Shown here one piece after another: positions 56,919 to 64,000 of a stretch of DNA of 64,000 bases; positions within the stretch are counted from its first letter, which is position 1, and each line of letters starts with the position of its first letter. The stretch spans positions 256,001 through 320,000 of the forward strand of contig CAXXYE010000001.1 in the NCBI GenBank assembly GCA_963674865.2, given 5' to 3'. Both the position numbers and the translations under genes were made by a program. This DNA is from Candidatus Hydrogenedentota bacterium (GTDB lineage Bacteria; Hydrogenedentota; Hydrogenedentia; Hydrogenedentales; SLHB01). Under the pieces are notes generated by a model, which was not told the origin of the DNA, did no database searches, and worked only from the letters and a program-made list of their open reading frames with translations.

Positions 56919-57964
56919 AGTACAGACGCGCCATCCTGAAGGATGTCGAAGGTTACGTTCCCGGGGAGCAGCCCCGAGGCGACGGCGTCATCAAGCTCAA
57001 CACCAATGAGAATCCCTATCCGCCATCGCCCAAGGTGGTTGAGGCCCTGCACGCGCTTGGCGTCGAGGCTGTCCGCCGTTATCCCGATCCTGTATCGCTA
57101 GCCCTTCGCAAAGCCTGTGCGGAGCGCTACGGCTACGAAGGGAGTGACTGGGTCATTATCGGCAACGGCATGGACGAACTCCTGGCGCTGGCTATCCGCA
57201 CCTTTGTTGATCCAGGGGACACCGTGTTGACGACGTATCCTACGTACACGCTGTACGAGACGCTCGCGCGCTTGCATGGCGCGCGCATCGAGGCGATTGA
57301 GCTGGATCCGGAGTTCCAGCTAACGGAGACCTTTTTCAGCCAGCGCGCCCGGCTGTGCTTCCTACCGCGCCCGAATGCCCCGAGCGGGGTGTCCGCCCAA
57401 CGCAGCGCAGTCGAGCGTCTCTGTAAGGAATTCGGCGGGATCGTTGTCGTCGACGAGGCCTACGTGGATTTCGCCGATGACAACTGCATGGACCTGCCGG
57501 GCCGCTTCGAGAATGTCATCGTGATGCGCACGTTTTCCAAGTCTTTCAGCCTTGCCGGCCTCCGGGTCGGCGCGGCGGTGGCCCAGCCTGCCGTCATCGC
57601 GGAGTTTCTCAAGACGAAGGACTCCTATAACATGAGTGCCCCGAGTCAGGCCGCGGGACTCGCTGCGATGCAAGATTACGCCTACATGGAGGCGAACGCC
57701 GCCAAAGTTCGCGCCACCCGCGCACGCCTCATCGAGGAGTTGCGCGCCATGGGATTCACTGTGCCGCCGTCACAGGCGAACTTCGTCTTGGCGCAATGGC
57801 AGGGGACCCCCTCCGCTAAGCAGATCTTCGAGCGGCTCAAGAAGCGCCGGATCTATGTCCGCTATTTCAATGCACGCCGCCTGGATGACGCCCTGCGCAT
57901 CACTGTTGGCACGGACGAGGAAACCGACGCCCTGTTGGATGCCTTGCGCGAGATTCTTGCCTGA
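56915..57964 (+). CDS. hisC: Histidinol-phosphate aminotransferase
   Basis: KLNTNENPYPPSP, GNGMDE, DEAYVDF, RTFSKSFSLAGLRVG and LRITVG. Confidence 0.97.
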   Translation: MKYRRAILKDVEGYVPGEQPRGDGVIKLNTNENPYPPSPKVVEALHALGVEAVRRYPDPVSLALRKACAERYGYEGSDWVIIGNGMDELLALAIRTFVDPGDTVLTTYPTYTLYETLARLHGARIEAIELDPEFQLTETFFSQRARLCFLPRPNAPSGVSAQRSAVERLCKEFGGIVVVDEAYVDFADDNCMDLPGRFENVIVMRTFSKSFSLAGLRVGAAVAQPAVIAEFLKTKDSYNMSAPSQAAGLAAMQDYAYMEANAAKVRATRARLIEELRAMGFTVPPSQANFVLAQWQGTPSAKQIFERLKKRRIYVRYFNARRLDDALRITVGTDEETDALLDALREILA

Positions 57965-58004
57965 TTGGCCCGAGTGGCTTGCCCGTCGCCGGCAGCGCCG
58001 CCTC

Positions 58005-59051
58005 TTAGACGTCCATTTCGCGTAGCATTTTCGGCCATGCCTGATCCGCGTAGAAGCGATGCCCTTCTTCCCCAACGACGAGGTGGCAATGCCGCTCTGC
58101 GCCCGCCGCCCGGTAGATGCGCTTCAGAGCGCGGAATGCCTTTCGTACGGCGGCGATTGGGAAGATGGGATCCTCCTTGCCTGCCACGATGACCACCGGC
58201 TTCGGCGCGAACAGGCCCATCACGTCGGACATCTCCGCGTACTGGTAGAGGCCCGGCACATAATTGTCCATGCAGTGGTAGATGGACATGATCGAGTCGC
58301 GGAACGTGCAGAAGTAGCACGACGGCATGGCAAACTTCAGCGGGGGCAGTAACGCGGCGCTGAACAAGGAGATTGTCCCGCCTCCCGAATTCCCCATGAC
58401 GCCCAGCCGCGAGAAATCGACGTCATCACGCGTTTTCAAGTAATCAATCGCCCGGCCGACGTCGTACACCCGTTCTCCCATGAGCGTTCTGCCAAGCATG
58501 AGGGCGTGCATCGTCGCGTCATGGCACCCGTGGGATGAGGCCTGCTTCTGAACCTGTTCCTTGCGCTCCCCGAACGAGCGCTGCTCGATGCATAGAGCGG
58601 CCACGCCTCGGGCCATGCAGCCGATGCCAAAGTTGCGGTCGCCGGCGACTTTGATGGGCTTACTGTTGTCTTCGCGATCCACGGCTATCGAGTTGTGCAT
58701 GCCCGTCGAGTGGCCTTGGAGGCAGATCATCGTCGGATGCGGCTTCGGGCCTTTCCGAGGAATGCACATGAACGCCGGAACGTCTGAATAAGGCTCCGCG
58801 GCGAAGACGAGCTTCTCGATGGTTCCCAGCGGATGCTCCCGCTTCCATAGCGAGCGTACATTCAGCGGCACCCGGGGCATCTTGTTCATCGCGGATAGCC
58901 CGAGCAGATCGCGCACCTTTCGCCGTAGCCGCCGCTGCCAAGTGGCCACGTCTCCGCCATCGTAGGCGAGCGAAGGTGTGATCCGATCCATGAGGTATCG
59001 ATGATTCAGGGTGGGGGAGAAGTGGAACGCGGCCTTCTTTGCGCGGCTCAT
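58005..59051 (-). CDS. Alpha/beta-fold hydrolase (dienelactone hydrolase/acetylesterase-like)
   Basis: Nucleophile elbow MGNSGGG, followed by GKEDPIF and EGHRFY. Confidence 0.85.
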   Translation of the reverse strand: MSRAKKAAFHFSPTLNHRYLMDRITPSLAYDGGDVATWQRRLRRKVRDLLGLSAMNKMPRVPLNVRSLWKREHPLGTIEKLVFAAEPYSDVPAFMCIPRKGPKPHPTMICLQGHSTGMHNSIAVDREDNSKPIKVAGDRNFGIGCMARGVAALCIEQRSFGERKEQVQKQASSHGCHDATMHALMLGRTLMGERVYDVGRAIDYLKTRDDVDFSRLGVMGNSGGGTISLFSAALLPPLKFAMPSCYFCTFRDSIMSIYHCMDNYVPGLYQYAEMSDVMGLFAPKPVVIVAGKEDPIFPIAAVRKAFRALKRIYRAAGAERHCHLVVGEEGHRFYADQAWPKMLREMDV

Positions 59052-59239
59052 GACCTAAGGACTCCTAAACGGTTGCGCCCCCTAAGGGGCGGACTATGAT
59101 GACTACTCGCGCCAAAACTCGGTGCAATGTAGTCGAAATCCCGAGAGAATTCCACCCGCAAGCGTGGCCGTGGTTCGCCGAAACCGTTGTTGTAGCAACT
59201 TAAGCGGCGTGTCGGAACCGGCTCAAGCCCGTTCGGGAC

Positions 59240-59288
59240 ATGACGCCGCTCGCGGGCTCTGCTATACTGGAAAGCGTCAACAGTATAG
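59240..59288 (+). promoter_or_regulatory. Promoter and operator palindrome of the MNT-HEPN operon
   Basis: ATGACG-N17-TATACT with an extended TG; inverted repeat ctatactg-N11-cagtatag overlaps the -10. Confidence 0.6.
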
Positions 59289-59300
59289 GGGATCGAAAGG

Positions 59301-59600
59301 ATGAACTTGCCCATCGAGATCGATAGAGCACGGCTTGCCGTCTTCTGCCGCAAGCATCATCTCACCAAATTGGCGCTGTTTGGCTCCGTGTTGACAGACC
59401 GCTTCGGGCCCGAGAGTGATGTAGACGTGCTGGTCGAGTTTGATCCGGAACATGTCCCCGGCCTCATCGCCCTGAGCGGCATGGAGCGGGAGCTATCTGA
59501 GATCCTTGGTCGCAAGGCCGATATGCGCACGCCCAACGATTTGAGCCGCTTCTTCCGCGACCAGGTAGTGCAAACCGCGCAGGTCCAGTATGCTGCTTGA
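59301..59600 (+). CDS. Minimal nucleotidyltransferase (MntA-type antitoxin)
   Basis: LFGS-x10-DVD (GSVLTDRFGPESDVDVLVEF); 99 aa. Confidence 0.92.
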   Translation: MNLPIEIDRARLAVFCRKHHLTKLALFGSVLTDRFGPESDVDVLVEFDPEHVPGLIALSGMERELSEILGRKADMRTPNDLSRFFRDQVVQTAQVQYAA

Positions 59601-59931
59601 TTCCGATCGGAACCGCCTGCGCCATATGGTTGAGGCCGCCCAAGAGGCCGTGGGATACGTCGAGAGCTTGCCGAGAGACGAGTTTGGCTCGCAGCGCCCG
59701 CTCCAGCATTCGGTGGTGCGCTGTATCGAGGTCATCGGAGAAGCGGCCTCCCGGCTTTCCCCGGGATTCTGCAAAGCCCATTCGGATATCCCGTGGCAGG
59801 ATATGGTCGGGATGCGCAACAGGTTGATTCACGCCTACTTTGACCTTGATATGGACCTCATCTGGCAAACCGCCAGCCGGGAGCTTCCTGACCTCATTTC
59901 GCGACTTGAGGCGCTCTTGAAAGAGTCCTGA
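59590..59931 (+). CDS. HEPN/DUF86 ribonuclease toxin (HepT-type)
   Basis: IEVIGEA, IPW and GMRNRLIHAYF (Rx4HxY); overlaps the MNT gene. Confidence 0.93.
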   Translation: MLLDSDRNRLRHMVEAAQEAVGYVESLPRDEFGSQRPLQHSVVRCIEVIGEAASRLSPGFCKAHSDIPWQDMVGMRNRLIHAYFDLDMDLIWQTASRELPDLISRLEALLKES

Positions 59932-60132
59932 GACTCCCCTGGCTGGTCCTCAATACTCACGCTGTCCTGTTGACCGCATGGAGTTTGAGGCAGTCTTGAC
60001 CGCGCCGGGACCAGCCGCATTCGGTTCGCGATGCGGCCGCCGCGACGGCGGCTCTGCGGGAGTCGCCTCCCTTTTTCAGCGGTATTTCGCCCATAATAGA
60101 GGAGGGTAGGAACAGGATAAGTGTTTGTGGCC

Positions 60133-60169
60133 TTGAAAGGTGGAAGAATTGCGCCTACCATGGGTAGGC
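60133..60169 (+). promoter_or_regulatory. Sigma70-like promoter with an overlapping palindrome
   Basis: TTGAAA-N17-TACCAT; palindrome gcctacc-atg-ggtaggc at 60153-60169. Confidence 0.5.
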
Positions 60170-60221
60170 ATATACAGTTTCGCCGATGAAGCGTGCCGCC
60201 GTGGAATGGAGGACGTAACTC

Positions 60222-61580
60222 ATGCACGGTAATGCGAAAAACATGGTACTGGCAGCCGCACTAGCCGCGCTTTCCACGATGGCAGCGCCCCTCTCCGCGG
60301 CGGCGGAAGCGGAAGAGCCTGAGTTCTTCTACTACTACTTCGACGAAGTGAGGTATCTCTCATTGTGCCCGTACCGTGTCACAGTGAAGTTCGAAGAAGG
60401 CCTATCCGAGGCGGAGCAGGCCGACATCCTGATGGGTGAACCTGCGCTCGATCCCGCGGGGGAGTGGTGGTTCGGCGACGGGCCCGATGTGGACGTTATC
60501 GGCGTGAAGCCAGGTGTGACCGGCTGGACTATTGTGGAGACTTTGGACAGGTTGTATGCCGCGGACGGCGTATACTATGCCACACCCATATTTGGCCAAG
60601 CCGGCGATGCACTCATAGATGACATATTCATCGTGTCGGTGCCCAATACCACGACGTATGAGAGTGTTGCGGCATTCAATGCCAAGCATTCTGTAGAGGT
60701 GGTGAAGACCTATGATTTTGGATTAATAGGGAAGACATTGTACCTGATGCGGGTTACGAAGGCTTCAGGTATGAATGCTTTGCTGATGTGCAACGTCTAC
60801 CACGATACCGACGAGCTGGACGTTTCGGGCTCCGGCCCAAACTTCTGGTTCCTGTACAACATCCTCTGCGGCGGGGACTATGCGTCTGAAGAACTCCATC
60901 TGTATCACCAGGCCGGCAGGAGGACCCTAGCTCTTGTGGCTTCCCTGGAGCGTGCGGCCGTGTGTTTCGAGTCCGCCTTGACGAACGCCGAAAAGGAGGT
61001 GATTCTCGCCACGGAGCCGGTGTTGGCCCCATCTACCGAGTGGTGGAGGGTCGAAGGGGAGGCATTCGAGATCGTCGGCGTCGTCGCAGGCGCCGCGGAA
61101 AACGACCTGTTTGATGCTTTGGATAGGCTTCATGCGGTGGAGGGGGTGGTCTTCGCGACACCTATCGTGCAGTCGAAGGAGGGGTTCGAGTCCGTCATTA
61201 CCGACGCGTTCTACGTCGAGTGTTCTACTGCCACGGACCTGGAAGCGCTGAACGCGGAGCACAGCGTCATCCTGACGGAAACGGTGATCCCCGGCGCTGA
61301 TCGCGTGGGCTATTGGCTTCAGGTCACGAAAGCGTCCGGCATGAACGCCCTTGAGATGGCCATCGTCTACGATGATGCTCTCGATGCCTTTCGGGCCTCC
61401 CCCGAATTGATTCCTCTCTATGGAAAGAAGGCCGAGCAGGCCTGCTGCCCCTTCGGCTGCGCCGCGGCAACGGTGGGCGCCCCCGAGCGAAGCATGCGGC
61501 CTGGTGTTGCCTTCTTTGCCTGTGTGGCTTCCTTGCTGGCGCTCCTGACAGTCCTGCAAAGGAGATCCCCAACACCGTAG
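60222..61580 (+). CDS. Secreted, C-terminally anchored protein with two tandem ~175-aa repeats resembling subtilase N-terminal prodomains
   Basis: Signal peptide; repeats share LDRL.A..GV..ATPI and (R/Q)VTKASGMNAL.M..VY.D; tail GC-x-TM-RR. Confidence 0.75.
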   Translation: MHGNAKNMVLAAALAALSTMAAPLSAAAEAEEPEFFYYYFDEVRYLSLCPYRVTVKFEEGLSEAEQADILMGEPALDPAGEWWFGDGPDVDVIGVKPGVTGWTIVETLDRLYAADGVYYATPIFGQAGDALIDDIFIVSVPNTTTYESVAAFNAKHSVEVVKTYDFGLIGKTLYLMRVTKASGMNALLMCNVYHDTDELDVSGSGPNFWFLYNILCGGDYASEELHLYHQAGRRTLALVASLERAAVCFESALTNAEKEVILATEPVLAPSTEWWRVEGEAFEIVGVVAGAAENDLFDALDRLHAVEGVVFATPIVQSKEGFESVITDAFYVECSTATDLEALNAEHSVILTETVIPGADRVGYWLQVTKASGMNALEMAIVYDDALDAFRASPELIPLYGKKAEQACCPFGCAAATVGAPERSMRPGVAFFACVASLLALLTVLQRRSPTP

Positions 61581-61603
61581 CTCGGTTTATTTGCCTCTGC
61601 ATC

Positions 61604-61655
61604 GATGGGTGACGACCCGTCCTACGCCGAGGAGTAGGGCGGATTGCAGTCCGCC
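61604..61655. repeat. Back-to-back GTAG-type REP-like palindromes
   Basis: Minus strand GTAG-gacgggt-cgtc-acccatc (61604-61625) and plus strand GTAG-ggcggat-tgca-gtccgcc (61634-61655). Confidence 0.6.
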
Positions 61656-61732
61656 GACAGTTTTCCATCCCGCCCCCCCGCCATGCTACATTTCGTGAAG
61701 GGCACACGGCCTTCAAGGGAAAGGGGACGGAT

Positions 61733-63082
61733 ATGGAACGCAGGGCGTTTCTCCAAACGTTGGCGGCGGGTTCCGTCGCCGCCGGTGTCGGCAAGATGGG
61801 CGCGGTGTCCGCGGAAGAGGACAAGAACGTGAGCAGCATCCCTGTCTTGGCCAACAAATACGTCGTCGTATATGAATCGCCCGATGCGGAGCGCGTCTAC
61901 GCCTACAGCCCGGGATTGGCGCTGCTGCCCAGTGGGCGTTTGGTTGCGACGATGGATCAAGGCGGCTCGCATCCGTCCATCAAGATGGACGCCGATGGAC
62001 GCGCCTTGCGGGGGAAGATCTACACGAGCGACGACCACGGCAAGACGTGGACACACCGAACCGATATGCCCATGATGCACGCACGCCCCTTCAGTGCCGG
62101 TAATTCAGTTTATGTGCTCGGCCACAACAGCGATCTGTGCATCATCCGTTCAGACGATGGCGGCGGCACGTGGTCGAGACCCTTCTGGCTCACGCAGGGC
62201 CAGCGCTGGCACCAGGCTCCGTGCAATGTCCACTACTGCCGGGGCCGCGTGTACCTGGTTATGGAGCGCGACACGGATCCTGACCTCCCGGAGTGGCCGG
62301 TGTCCGTCTTCGCCCCAGTGGTGATGTCGGCCGATGCCAATGCCGATCTGACGCAACGCAGCTCTTGGAGCTTCTCCAGCGAGTTGACGTACAGCCAGGT
62401 CATTGAGGAATACGGTAAGCCTAACTTAATCGGCGTGCCCTTCTTTACTCCAGGGAATACGGTTCCCGATGCCGCCGGTGTCCACCGGCCCATGGCCCAT
62501 GTGGGATGGCTCGAAACCAACGTCGTCCAGTTCGTCGACCCCGACCACGTCTGGTACGATCCCAGCGGCCGTACTTTCCATCTCTGGATGCGCGCCCATA
62601 CCGGTTCAACGAATTTCGCCGCCGTGGACAAGGCCGTCGAAGCCGAAGACGGCCGGATCACCGTATCGGTTGAGCGTGCTCCCTCAGGCGAGCCCATCGT
62701 GTTCGTCCCCTGCCCCGGGGGCCAGATGAAGTTCCACATTCTCTATGACGATAAGAGCCGGCTCTTTTGGCTGCTGTCGAGCCAGGCCACTGATTCCATG
62801 ACACGCCCTGATTGCCTGCCGCCGAACCGGTTTAACCTACCGAATAACGAGCGGCACAGGCTGGTACTCCATTTCTCGAAGAACTGCATGGACTGGTGCT
62901 TTGCAGGACGCGTCGCCGATACCGGCGAGTACGGCCAAGGGCGGCACTATGCCTCGATGATCATTGACGGGGACAACCTGCATGTTCTCTCGCGATCGGG
63001 CGACGCCCGCGCTAAAAGCGCCCATGATGGGAACCTGATCACCTTCCACACGATCCCTGGTTTTCGTAGCCTCGTTTACTGA
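61733..63082 (+). CDS. Tat-exported BNR/Asp-box beta-propeller protein (sialidase-like)
   Basis: Twin-arginine signal MERRAFLQ; Asp-boxes SDDHGKTW and SDDGGGTW. Confidence 0.85.
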   Translation: MERRAFLQTLAAGSVAAGVGKMGAVSAEEDKNVSSIPVLANKYVVVYESPDAERVYAYSPGLALLPSGRLVATMDQGGSHPSIKMDADGRALRGKIYTSDDHGKTWTHRTDMPMMHARPFSAGNSVYVLGHNSDLCIIRSDDGGGTWSRPFWLTQGQRWHQAPCNVHYCRGRVYLVMERDTDPDLPEWPVSVFAPVVMSADANADLTQRSSWSFSSELTYSQVIEEYGKPNLIGVPFFTPGNTVPDAAGVHRPMAHVGWLETNVVQFVDPDHVWYDPSGRTFHLWMRAHTGSTNFAAVDKAVEAEDGRITVSVERAPSGEPIVFVPCPGGQMKFHILYDDKSRLFWLLSSQATDSMTRPDCLPPNRFNLPNNERHRLVLHFSKNCMDWCFAGRVADTGEYGQGRHYASMIIDGDNLHVLSRSGDARAKSAHDGNLITFHTIPGFRSLVY

Positions 63083-63193
63083 GCTACGCCATGGCGAGCG
63101 GCCGGCCGTTTGGGGCGTCGTTCGTTGACCCCCGCCCCCCGACATGCTAGGCTGAAATCGCCGTAGGAAAGGTGTATGGCTAAGGAGACGACT

Positions 63194-64000
63194 ATGATCA
63201 TCAATCCACAGATCTTCCGCGAATACGACATCCGCGGGATTGCCGGCGAGGACCTGACGGAAGGCGTCGTCGAGCGGATCGGCAGGGCCTATGCCGCGTA
63301 CATGCGGCGGCGGAAGAAGCACAACTGTGTCTGCATCGGCCGCGACGGCCGCCTCAGTTCGAAGGCGTTCAGCCGAGCCCTCATCGACGGCATTACCGCA
63401 TCCGGCCTTAACGTGATTGACCTCGGTGAAGTGCCCACGCCTTTGACCTACTTTGGCCTGTTCAAGTTGCCCGTGGACGGCGGTATTATGATCACCGGCA
63501 GCCATAATCCTAAGCACTACAACGGCATGAAGGTTGCCGCGGGCGAGTCGACGATCCACGGTGACGAAATCCAGAAGCTGCGCAAGATTGCCGATGCGGG
63601 CAAGTTCCCCACCGCGCGCGGGCCGGTGACGATCACCCGTGTGGACATTGCGGCGAAGTACATCAACCGCGTGGCCCGTATCATTAACCTCAAACGCAAA
63701 CTCAGAGTCGTTGTGGACGCGGGCAATGGCGTCGGCGGCACCTTGGCCGTGCCGCTCCTCGAGAAACTCGGATGCGAGGTCGTCCCTCTTTTCTGTGAAG
63801 TGGATGGCAATTTCCCCAACCACCATCCGGATCCCACCGTAGCCGCAAGTCTCAAGAAACTCGTTGCCGCGGTGAAGCGCACGAAGGCCGACTGCGGCGT
63901 CGCCTTCGACGGAGACGCCGATCGTCTTGGCGCTGTCGACAACATGGGGGAGATCATCTACGGCGACAGGCTGCTGATGCTGTTCGCTCGCTCTATTCTC
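63194..64000 (+). CDS. Phosphomannomutase/phosphoglucomutase (AlgC-like), 3'-truncated by the window
   Basis: Absent from the ORF track because it has no stop in the window. AAGGAG RBS; MIINPQIFREYDIRG, GRDGRLSS, phosphoserine motif ITGSHNP, FPNHHPDP and FDGDADR. Confidence 0.95.
   Translation, partial: MIINPQIFREYDIRGIAGEDLTEGVVERIGRAYAAYMRRRKKHNCVCIGRDGRLSSKAFSRALIDGITASGLNVIDLGEVPTPLTYFGLFKLPVDGGIMITGSHNPKHYNGMKVAAGESTIHGDEIQKLRKIADAGKFPTARGPVTITRVDIAAKYINRVARIINLKRKLRVVVDAGNGVGGTLAVPLLEKLGCEVVPLFCEVDGNFPNHHPDPTVAASLKKLVAAVKRTKADCGVAFDGDADRLGAVDNMGEIIYGDRLLMLFARSIL

Overview
A GC-rich bacterial chromosomal segment. The (Glu-Gly)n linker in the large lipoprotein and the general gene style tentatively suggest Candidatus Hydrogenedentota; this is inference, not a search result. 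Contents from left to right: (1) the 3' end of an SplB-like radical SAM gene and a minimal nifS/nifU-type Fe-S pair; (2) a membrane-fused ECF sigma factor bracketed by a 49-bp duplicate of the recN promoter/start; (3) recN, a 95-bp hairpin/MITE-like element, pyrG and a decayed kdsB; (4) a BlaI + M56 (BlaR1-like) module with a clear double operator and an unusual sensor region; (5) a ~27-kb Wzx/Wzy-type exopolysaccharide locus (13.0-39.9 kb). The locus holds two priming transferases (one apparently catalytically dead), several GTs, Wzx, Wzy/ligase, Wzc, Wza, a GH2, a tnpA-only IS200/IS605 element and a giant modular lipoprotein behind a sigma54 promoter; (6) an atypical HisG, a two-subunit RND pump and a GT-C; (7) tpiA-secG-murA-epimerase-hisD-hisC; (8) a hydrolase, an MNT-HEPN toxin-antitoxin pair, a prodomain-only surface protein, REP-like palindromes, a Tat BNR protein and the 5' part of a PMM/PGM. 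I found no CRISPR array, tRNA, rRNA or prophage. The best candidates for an undescribed system are the M56 sensor with secretin-N0-like and PilP-like domains, the ECF cassette apparently inserted at the recN start, the tandem protease-prodomain surface protein, and the sigma54-driven lipoprotein heading the EPS export operon. All domain calls are by eye and need HMM or structure confirmation.
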